In this document: positions 25,357 through 35,480 of the stretch, one piece after another
How positions within the stretch are numbered: the stretch's first letter is position 1
How the letters are laid out: every line of letters begins with the position of its first letter
Assembly (NCBI RefSeq): GCF_006345805.1
Contig: NC_043006.1
Coordinates: 15,066,001 to 15,130,000 of the forward strand
Length of the DNA stretch: 64,000 nt
Source of the DNA: Octopus sinensis
Lineage: Eukaryota
Reading direction: 5' to 3'
Program-made: the position numbers and the translations under genes
The notes under the pieces: model-generated
The model's database searches: none
Seen by the model: the letters and a program-made list of their open reading frames with translations, nothing else
What the model was told of the DNA's origin: nothing

Positions 25357-25836
25357 CAGGGGTTGGAGAAAATAATGGAAACACCTAGCATCATAATTTT
25401 GAAATATCTATAAAACCATCAAAAACTTGTTTGTTTTTGTTTTTTGATTTATTATTAGTGTTGTTTAATATGTTTTGCTTAAATTGCAGTTTCCTTTCAG
25501 ATATCATCAGAAAAAGGTAATTAAAATTCATTAAAATGATAGCTCTATCGGACTTTCATAGAGGTCAAATTGTTGGTGCTCGTATGGCAAGTGCTAGCAT
25601 AATGAAAACAGCTGAAATATTTGGTGTATCAATAAGTACTGTCTCAGAAGTAATGACAGCTTTTGAGAAAGAGGGAAAAAAACCCTCCTCATTGAAACAA
25701 AACTTTCAGACAGAGACCATCGGATTCTTACATGAATTGTTAGACAGGATCACAAAAGTACAGCTCCCAAAATTACTGCATAGCTTAATGACCACCTTGA
25801 GAACCCAGTTTCCACAAAAACTGTCATCTCCTCCAT
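25357..25836 (+). mobile_element. Tc1 transposon 5' fragment (TIR plus HTH domain)
   Basis: CAGGGGTTGGAGAAAATAATGGAAACACC TIR; LSDFHRGQIVGARMAS...TAEIFGVS.STVS; frameshifted and truncated. Confidence 0.8.
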
Positions 25837-25918
25837 GAGACTGAACTTTCAAAGAACATACTTCGCCACGTTGTCCCATGTCTCCCTGGGTCTACCTCTT
25901 CCACAGGTTTCCCCCACA

Positions 25919-26022
25919 GTACTACGGCGGTACATATTCTAAAATTGGAATGATACAGAGAAGATTAGCATGGCCCCTGCGCAAGGATGACAAGCAAATT
26001 CATGAGGCATTCCATATTTTTT
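25919..26022 (+). pseudogene. RNU6: U6 snRNA pseudogene
   Basis: ACATATTCTAAAATTGGAATGATACAGAGAAGATTAGCATGGCCCCTGCGCAAGGATGAC...TTCCATATTTTTT. ACAGAGA box and AGC triad intact; several substitutions, damaged 5' hairpin, no upstream TATA. Confidence 0.93.
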
Positions 26023-26257
26023 AAAGGCAGCGAGCTGGCAGAAACGTTAGCATTCCAAGCGAAATGCTTCGCGGTATTTTGCCCGTCGCTACGTTCTGAG
26101 TTCAAATGCTGCCGAGGTCGACTTTGCCTTTCATCCTTTCGGGGTTGATTAAATAAGTACCAGTTACGCACTGGGGTTGATATAATTGACTTAATCCATT
26201 TGTCTGTCCTTGTTTGTCCTCTCTGTGTTTAGCCCCTTGTGGGTAATAAAGAAATAG

Positions 26258-26530
26258 CTTTCCCCTAGTTAGAGATTGGCACTTCTTTATACAGCTGTCC
26301 TCGTCCATAAGCATCACATGACCAAACCAGCACACTCTTCTCTCTTGCACACCACATCTGATGCCTCTTATGCCCAATTTTTCTCTCAAGATACTTACAC
26401 TCTGTTGTACATGACATTGCACATCCAGTGAAGCATACTAGTGTAGGAGATCCCTTAGCCCTGCCTAACTGAGATTCGAAACCATATCTACACACTTGTT
26501 GCTTGTCAAATGACACTCTGATCCCTTTGT
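26258..26530 (-). mobile_element. RTE LINE fragment
   Basis: ILREKLGIRGIRCGVQERRVCWFGHVMLMDEDSCIKKC. Confidence 0.75.
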
Positions 26531-26734
26531 GTTTTATCTCCATGCTGGGAGATTAATGAGAAACATCTGACCTCCTAGAACGTTTGTTGGTCACTGAAGG
26601 GTCAGTCCATTGTTTTAGGTTTGAACTACTTCCTGGTCATACCCTAAATAACTGAGATCATCTCTCTCTTGCCCTTTTTGGTTCAACCGGATAATAGAGA
26701 GTATACATCTCTATTTGTGTCAGCTGTTAATCAG

Positions 26735-27190
26735 GAACAATATATAATAATGAAATTTTTGTATACAGTGCTCAAGTGCACCACAACTTGTCAAAAGTGC
26801 ATATAAAGTATATGCACTAATGTACAAGTGTCTGGAAAGTGAACAGTGCATCAAAATCAGGTGTAGTGTTGGCGAATCTCAGGAAGCATGGAAGTTTTGG
26901 AGGATGCAGTGCTCCAACAAGTAACAACTGATGCCAACAGTTTGTTGCATACTTCAGCAACTCACAGCGTGAAAAAATGTTTCCGGAAGTCATGGGAGCT
27001 GTGTTGTTTTCTGACTTTGTAAACATGTCCACGGGTGTTAGACAGGTAGAGTTTAAAAGGTGTTCAGAGTTATTGTTTGTAAGATGGTTAATAATTTTAT
27101 GGGTGTCCGCCAAGTCAGCTGCAAGACGTCGGAGTTTCAATGTATCCATGCCCAGGGAAGTAAGGCGTTCAGAGTATGGCAATATATAGC
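26735..27190 (-). mobile_element. CR1 LINE 3' end; a second, oppositely oriented 3' end lies at about 27290-27385
   Basis: PYSERLTSLGMDTLKLRRLAADL..; 3' tail GAGCACTGTATACAA..(ATT)n. Confidence 0.8.
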
Positions 27191-27699
27191 ATCAGCCAAT
27201 TAGAAAAGGGCAACATAATTCCTACCCTTTCTTCCTCCCTGTCAGCAGAACGCACAGCTTGCACACTACCAACACATCATTACTATTGTCAATTACTACT
27301 ATGTATAATATGCTTTATACACACTTTTGACAAGTTGTGGAGCACCTGAGCACTGTATACAATAATTTCATTATTATTATTATTATTTTACTAACCACAG
27401 CCGGCAAATAAAATTGTGAATATTATTCTTTTCTTTCCGATGTTGTTATTATGCTGTTTCATTTTGCCTTTGACTATTCACATATGGTGACCCTTCACAT
27501 CTTATCATTACACTTAATAACTGTGATGTACACTCACATCTGTCCATTAGCAAAGCATACTAGCATCATTTCTGTCAAGCCTTCTCATGTCCTCTGCAGT
27601 CACAGCCCATGTTTCACTGCCATGTAGCATGGCTGTTCACACACAGGCATCATACAACCTGACTTTTCAATATATATATATATCAGTCAGTTGCCATGA

Positions 27700-27882
27700 T
27701 AGATCGTTAGCCACTACACACATTTTTTTCTCTCCTTGTTTTTTCTGTGTCCCTTTCTGTAGAAGAGCGTAGGCTCGAAACGTAAAAGTCTTTTTCTATT
27801 CCTGAGCGTTATACTAATACATCTGTTTGTTTTGTACACCACCTGTCTTTGTCTTTTGTTTTTTTTTGTAAACTCTCCCTAT
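27700..27882 (+). mobile_element. Short repeat family D with hammerhead-like fold, ending at (TA)n; copies at about 37046-37172 and 43820-44008
   Basis: Shared ..CTTTCTGTAGAAGAGCGTAGGCTCGAAACGTAAAAG..CTCTCCC(TA)n. Confidence 0.75.
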
Positions 27883-28058
27883 ATATATATATTTCTTGTA
27901 CTTGTTTCAGTCATTTGACTGGAGCACCGCTACATTATGTCTACTAACATTATACAAAAGTATGGAAAACGGACGCTAAACGATGATGATGATGATGAAA
28001 AGGTGACTTTAATATAATAAATAAGCATTGGTATTTCTTAATTCAAATTAACTTTTAC

Positions 28059-28198
28059 CTGAGGCAGGGATCTTGGTGAGAGATCTGGTGCAGCGGCAGC
28101 TGGCTCACTGGAATCTTTTAACATTGCATCACGGAGAGATCTTGAAGAGTTTGCATCTTCTGAATCAAGGGATGGTACTGGAAGAAGAGGAACAATAA
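28059..28198 (-). CDS. HAX1: HAX1-like gene, exon 3 (IVPLLPVPSLDSEDANSSRSLRDAMLK...SLPQ)
   Basis: LRDAMLK matches the conserved HAX1 LRDSMLK motif; donor CAG|gtaaaa. The in-phase acceptor is gttgaag| at 28199; an alternative cag at 28212 is out of phase. Confidence 0.8.
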
Positions 28199-29147
28199 CT
28201 TCAACAACAGGCTGACAATGTTTTTTCTTATTCAATGGTATCGATCTTGTTTACTATTTTTTTTTTGGTGTAGACAAAGGACAGGGAATACACCCTGTGA
28301 CATGTTTTGAGTGCTTCAGAGATTGGGACAAAGAAGGGAGTAAGTTATTCTTTGCTGAAGTCAAGGCAAAATTCCATGTAACAGTGTGGTCTGTGTTAGA
28401 TTTACCAGAGGATCAGGTTGTGGGGTTAAACTGGACAACAGATCAAGTCTACCACCCAAAACATAGCAAACATGAAGCATTTAATGGAACTGTTTTAACA
28501 AAAATGGAATTCAGAAGTATTTAAACATGTCAGGTGACTGAAATTCAATTAATTTTGAAATGAATCAATAATGAAATTAGTCAAAAATTATTTCGTAATA
28601 CACACATTTATATAATACTAGCTTAAAAGCTGCACTCTGTGTGGGGTTTTAAGCTAACTCCTGTGGAGGGCTACTTGGGCCTGCAGCCCCAAACTAAGGA
28701 GAGCTAAATAGCATGACTACAATACGACTATAATGACTATATGCCTGGTGGTGTTTGATCAGAGGTTAAAGACAGATGAGTGTTAATCTTGTAAGGCAAT
28801 TATTCTATTGCTCCAGTCCCAAGTTGAATTCCAACTATTGGCCAATTTGTCCCAAAGTTCTTATCTCGAAGTAAAATTAATGAAGCGAATGTCATTTATC
28901 TCCCCTTGATCTCTGATGTCATCTGATGTCCTCTGATGTCCCAACCAAAATGGCGGGAATCAGCCAAGCTTTTGCCTGCTAGAAATAGCAACCCAAATGC
29001 TTTTAAATCAGATCCCAATGCTAGAATATTCAAGAATCAAATCCTGGAATCATTCTGATTCGAAAAAGGTATAATATCTCTATGTAGAGTAAATGTTGGC
29101 TGAGATAGAGGGGTCCCAGATGGACAGACAGAATTTCACTTTTATTA

Positions 29148-32117
29148 CACCGGACAACAAAGATTTTACTACTGGGGTAAAAGCAAGAGTTTTAGACTAA
29201 GTCGAGGATTCTGATTCCGAATCCGCACTCAGAATTGTTCTAGCACGTCAGGATTTTGAATTATGCATATGCGTAAGATTATAACTGTACCTGAGGCAAG
29301 TAAAATCGAAATCGATCAAAAATCAATGGAAATACCAGTGCCGGTGGCACATAAAAGAACCATCCAGATGTGGCCGTTGCCAGCGCCGCCTTGACTGGCA
29401 TGTGCCGGTGGCACATAAAAAGCACCAACCGATCATGGCTGTTGCCAGCCTCGTCTGGCACCTGTGCTGGTGGCACATAAAAAGCACCCACTACACTCTC
29501 GGAGTGGTTGGCATTAGGAAGGGCATCCAGCTGTAGAAACACTGCCAGATCAGATTGGAGCCTGGTGCAGCCTTCTGGTTTCCCAGACCCCGGTCGAACC
29601 GTCCAACCCATGCTAGCATGGAAAGCGGACGTTAAACGATGAAGATGATGATGATGATGATAGGCTGTATTATAAAATTTGCTAAAATGAAAGCGTTCTT
29701 AATTCAAAATTAAAGAAACAAGAGCAATAAACAAACGATGAGAAAGTTCATTATTTAGCTTAACAATGGATGGTGTTGACATATTGTGTGCAATTTCCAA
29801 ATACATTAGTTTGTTCTTGGTAACTCTCAGTGCCGTTTGTGCTGTCGTCACGTGTGGTATGTGTATCTCTCACTCTGTGTGATCACTGTTTTAACTGTGT
29901 TCATTGTGTTAGATCAGGAACAGGAGAGACAGTGTGAATCACCCAGACAACTTTTGTTATCATTATCATCGTATAGCGTCCGCTTTCCATGCTAGCATGG
30001 GTTGGACGGTTCAACTGGGGTCTGGGAAGCCAGAAGGCTGCACCAGCCCCAGTCTGATCTGGCAGTGTTTCTACGGCTGGATGCCCTTCCTAACGCCAAC
30101 CACTCCATGAGTGTAGTGGGTGCTTTTTACGTGCCACCAGCACAGGTGCCAGACGAGTTTGGCAAACGGCCATGAACGGATGGTGCTTTTTATGTGCCAG
30201 CGGCACGAGGCCAGTCGGGGCGGCGCTGGCAATGGCCACGAATGGATGGTGCTTGTCTGTGAAAAATTTGCTCCACGTGACCAGCGGAAGAACATTGCCA
30301 CCAAATTAAAAATTGCTTGTAGATATTATTCTGGGTGTAAAGTTGGGGACCAAGACAAGAGGTGGGCACCTCATATATGTTACACTGTGTGTTAGACAGA
30401 GGTTGAATGGAAAACGGAAAGGAATGTCTTTTGCTGTACCAATAGTAAGGCACATGCCAATCAATCGTGTCTCTGATTGTTACTTTTGCATGACTAATAC
30501 TTGAGGTTTCTCAGAGAAGACCAAAGCAAAAATTGTGTATGTAGATTGTAAGTTGGCTCTAAAACTGGTCCCACATCCCTTCGAGAACCCTGTCCCAGTT
30601 CCCCTCTCACATGCTTCACTTGAAAATCTTGACACATCACAAAGAATACGTAGGTGATTCTAAGAAAATCATCATCATCATTGTTCGTCCATGGTTGAGA
30701 CAATGGAATTTTCTGTGCCACGCCAGACCTCACGGTCCATCATAACATTACAGAGGTCCTGTTGCTGGATGCCTGTATCCCTGGAGATTACATCAGAGTA
30801 GGAGAGTGTGCGCCCTCTGGTATCATGAGCAGATGGCTTCCAGAGGAGAAGAGTAGAAATTACCTCGTTTTCAGCTCTACAACAATGTCCAGCAAACTGG
30901 GCTCTTCTACCTTTCACAAGAGATGATACAGGTGGTAGTTTCCCGAGTCAGGCTAGTTCAGTCAAGAAGATTTGAACGATTTAGTAAGAGACCTAGCATT
31001 GTCAAAGGAGGGGGCAGAAGTTTTGGGATCCAAACTACAATAATGGAATCTCCTACAGCAATTTTCCGTTCTCGCCATAAAGGCTTATCTGTCTTTTTCA
31101 AACAAGAAAATAATGCTTATTTCTGTACTGACGTTAATGCGCTCATGCAAAAACTAGGACATATGCATGTAGCTAATGTATGGAGATTGTTTATAGACTT
31201 GAGTAAGGTTTAGCCTCAAAGTTATGTTGTCACATAATGGTAATGAAAAACCTTTCATTCCTGTGGGTTATGTTGTCATTATGGAAGAAACTTATGAATT
31301 GATGGAGCCCTTTCTGAGAGGAGTTAATTACTCAGTTCACAAGTGGAATGGTTGTGGTGATTTAAAAGTGATTTCCCTCCTCCTAGGACTGCAGCTGGGG
31401 TATACCAAAAATATGTGCTCCTTGTGTGTTTGGAACAGCTGTGACAATAACAATCATTACACAGTAAAAGACTGTCCTAGAAGAGATGAGCACATAGTTG
31501 GTCGGTACAACGTGCAGCATATGCCACTGGTAGACCCGTAAAAGATCTTCCTTCCACCCCTTCACATCAAACTTGGCCTCATGAAAAACTTCATAAAAGC
31601 AATGTCACACAATGGTTGTGGCTTCCAGTACCTAAAAGTACAATTTGGTGCAGAGAAAAGTGACGCAAAACTGAAAGCTGGCATTTTCATTGGACCCAAG
31701 ATCAGAGAATTGATATCTGATAGCAAATTCAGAGGTAAACTGAATATAGTTGAGCTGACGGCATTTATTTGTGTTAGTTGTACAGAACTTTCTTGGAAAT
31801 CATAGAGTTGAAAACCATGCTGATTTAATAAACAACACGCTAACAACATATGAAAGAATGGGATGTGGAATGTCCCTTAAAATGCACTTCTTACATTCTC
31901 ATCTTGATTTTTTTTCAACAAATCTTGGTGCCCTTAGAGATGAGCATGGTGAGAGGTTCCTACAAGACATATCTGAGATGGGAATAAGGTATCAAAGCCG
32001 GTTCAATTCACACATGATGGGTGACTGCTGCTGGTTGGAAACAGTGTACTCGATTTAGTTTAGTACAGTACCATTTGTCTGGGTAGCAGACAATAAACCT
32101 ATTTTTGTTGCCCAGTG
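29148..32117 (+). mobile_element. Chapaev3-like (CMC) DNA transposon fossil with nested SINEs and an RTE piece
   Basis: TTA|CACCGGACAACAAAGAT ... ATTTTTGTTGCCCAGTG|TTA (17-bp imperfect TIR, 3-bp TSD). Transposase remnants NHPDNFCY/VC, GDQDKRWAPHIC, DCYFC, GDLKVISLLLGLQLGYTK, LHIKLGLMKNF, MSLKMHFLHSHLDFF, DEHGERF. Confidence 0.75.
30670..30925 (-). mobile_element. RTE LINE 3' fragment inserted in the Chapaev-like transposase
   Basis: RRAQFAGHCCRAENEVISTLLLW...MMDREVWR with (TGA)n tail. Confidence 0.75.
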
Positions 32118-33901
32118 TTATTATAGATATATATCTATAATATATATATACTAGGCATAGTCATGGATGTGTGGTAAAGAAGCTTGCATACCAAATACAT
32201 GGTTCTGGGTTCAGCTCCACTGCATGGTACTTTGGGTAAGTGTCTTCTACTAAAGCCTTGAGCCGACCAAAGTCTTATTTGTGGATTTGGCAGACGGAAG
32301 CTGAAGAGAGGCCTGTCATTTATTTATACGTGTGTGTGTGAGTCTTTGTTTGTCCCCACCACTGCTTGACAACCACTTTGGTGTATTTACATCCTTGTAA
32401 CTTAGTGGTTTGACAAAAATGACCAGTAGAATCAGAGTGATTGTGTGGTAAGTAGCTTGTTTACCAACCGCATGGTTCCGGGTTCAGTCCCACTGCGTGG
32501 CATCTTGGGCAAGTGTCTTCTACTATAGCCTCGGGCCGACCAAAGCCTTGTGAGTGGATTTGGTAGACGGAAACTGAAAGAAGCCTGTCGTATATATGTA
32601 TACATATGTATATGTATGTGTGTGTTTGTGTGTCTGTGTTTGTCCCCCTAGAATTGCTTGACAACCGATGCTGGTGTGTTTACGTCCCCGTTACTTAGCG
32701 GTTCGGCAAAAGAGACCGATAGAATAAGTACTGGGCTTACAAAGAATAAGTCCCGGGGTCGATTTGCCCGACTAAAGGCGGTGCTCCAGCATGGCCGCAG
32801 TCAAATGACTGAAACAAAGGGTAAAGAGTAAGGCAAAAAAAAAATGAAAAAGAACGACGGGGTTGAAAAATTCATTCAACTAAAAGTTCTTCAAAAGTGG
32901 TGCTCCAGCATATATATATATATATATAGTGTGTGTGTGTGTGTGTGAGTAAACAGGACTACAAGTGTGGGTATGGAAGTATTTACATGTGTACTTTTTT
33001 TTTTTTACTTTATTGTATATTTCATTTGTCTTATTTACACCCTGTCTACTAAATACATGTGGACAACTGTCTATAACATCGCAACAGAATCTGTCTAATG
33101 ACTGAAACAATTAAAACATACAAAATAAAAAGGTATGTGATGCAGCTTCTTAATTAATCCTTAATCAATCCTGTCAAATGTAATACCTATTTATTTACAT
33201 TGTTTAGAATTTATTTGGCATTTCGATTTTGTGTTTGTTTATTTTTGGACTAACAGTGCAGGGTTAATGTGAGAGGCTGGATTTGGCCAGTTTGAACATA
33301 AAACAGGTAGAATATTTTGGCCGAATACGACCGGTTTAAATGCTCAAACTGAATTTATGGCTGGCATCCGAATCAAATTCGATGACTGGCATCCGTTGCT
33401 AGTGGAGCGCTAAGAGTACCATACGAGTGAGATCGTTGCCAGAGCAACAAGCTGGCCTCCGTGCTGATGGCACGTTAAAATCACCATTCAAGTGTGATCG
33501 TTACCTGCATTGCCTTACTAGCACTTGTGCTGGTGGCACATGAAAGAAAACATTTGAGCAAGGTCATTGCCAGTGTCGCTGGACTGGCTCCTGTGCAGGT
33601 GGCACATAAAAAGCACCATTTGAGCATGGCCGTTGCCAGTACCGCCTGGCTGGCCCTTGTGCTGGTGGCATGTAAAAGCACCCACTACACTCTCGGAGTG
33701 GTTGGTGTTAGGAAGGGCATCCAGCTGTAGAAACTCTGCCAGATCAGATTGGAGCCTAGTGCAGCCATCTGGTTCGCCAGACCTCAGTCAAATCGTCCAA
33801 CCCATGCTAGCATGGAAAGCGGATGTTAAACGATGATGATGATGATGATGATGATGAATAAGAGTGCTTTTTAAGTGTTTATATGTAAAAGTGTTACATA
33901 C

Positions 33902-34065
33902 TTTGTGTGTATTCTATGGAACCTAAATTTCTCATCATGTCATTCATGTGTTGTTGCATATCTTCCATCTGATTTTGGATTTGTGAATCAAAGTGGTGAA
34001 ATAAAGAGTCCAAGCCATTCCTTTGAAAGCCATCATTTGAGTTGGAAAATGGATCATCTTGCCTC
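33902..34065 (-). CDS. HAX1: HAX1-like gene, exon 2 (RQDDPFSNSNDG...MMRNLGSIEYTQ)
   Basis: Acceptor ttattcctttcacag|G, donor CAAA|gtatgt; 164 nt, phase 2 to 1. DPF motif as in HAX1 'RDPFFGG'. Confidence 0.85.
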
Positions 34066-35099
34066 CTGTGAAAGGAATAAGAAATAATAAGCAATGAAAG
34101 TAATCTTCAATAATTCCAAGCTGTTGGCACAATATCACACCAACATACACATACAGACACCCTTTTTACTCTTTTACTTGTTTCAGTCATTTGACTGGAG
34201 CACCGCCTTTGGTCGAGCAAATCGACCTCAGATCTTATTCTTTGTAAGCCTAGTACTTATTCTATCGGTCTCTTTTGCCGAACTGACAAGTTATGGGGAC
34301 GTAAACACACCAGCATCGGTTGTCAAGCGATGTTGGGGTGGTGGGGACAAACACAGGCACACAAAATATACACACACGTACATGATATATATACATATAT
34401 ACGACGGGCTTCTTTCAGTTTCCATCTACCAAATCCACTCACAAGGCTTTGGTCGACCCGAGGCTATAGTAGAAGACACTTGCCCAAGGTGCCACGCAGT
34501 GGGACGGAACCTGGAACCATGTCGTTGGTAAGCAAGCTACTTACCACACAGCCACTCTTATGCACAAACAACACTGACATACATGCACAAACAATACATG
34601 TACACATACACTCACTCACATATATGCATTCACTCAATCTCACATACATAAACACACAAATCATACACACACAAACAAACAAACAAACAAACCTATTCTT
34701 AGATGATAGAGGAGGTGGAAGGTTGTAGACTATCATCTGGCTGTGAGGATAGGTCTTTGAAAGTTTTATGGTTGCTCCTTCCCCACCAACCTTCTCCCTT
34801 AATGTTAGGACAAATATAGGTAGATTCTCGGAGTGGTTGTCGTTAGGGAGGGCATCTAGCTGTAGAAACTCAGCCAGATCAGATTGGAGTCTGGTGCAGC
34901 CATCTGGTTCGCCAGACCTCAGTCAAATCGTCCAACACATGCTAGCATGGAAAGCGGATGTTAAACGATGATGATGACGACAATGATTCACTTTCCGAGA
35001 AGTCTTAGATACAGTAGAATCTTTATCAGACACAGAATTAAAATTACTTTTTTTCCCCCACCACCTCCCAATGTTAAAACATCAATAAGCAACTGATGA

Positions 35100-35480
35100 C
35101 ACAAGCCTGCCCTGGATATACATGTAGAGACAAATCTAAAGGCCCTCTAGGGCAGAAATGCAATATATCCTTGGTTGTTTCTGAAGCACAGGTTTCAGCA
35201 AGCTATGGCAATGATAGAACACAAATCAAACATTATATTGGGTCTGCTGAAGGAAAATTTAAACCCTGATATAACAACCATCTTTCAAATTTTAGACACT
35301 GCGATAAGAGATATACAACAAACCTTTTGATTTTAATCTGGCAACCTAAAGACAAAATGACCAGTTACGACAGCAAATGGAAAATCCTTTCAAAAACCAG
35401 ACCCCTATATTAATCAATCAAAATGATGTTCTATAAGTTTTCTCAAGAAACTATATTTCGTAAAGAACTTAAGGACTTCC
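35100..35480 (+). mobile_element. Penelope-like element GIY-YIG endonuclease remnant
   Basis: Manual translation from 35228: KHYIGSAEGKFKP*YNNHLSNFRH...IWQPKDK..YDSKWKILSKTRP. Confidence 0.7.

Noticed and set aside
32790-32830. SINE B tail AGTC-AAAT-GACT-GAAA-CAAG-TA as a hammerhead
   Set aside because: No CUGANGA upstream; better explained as a LINE-recognition stem-loop.
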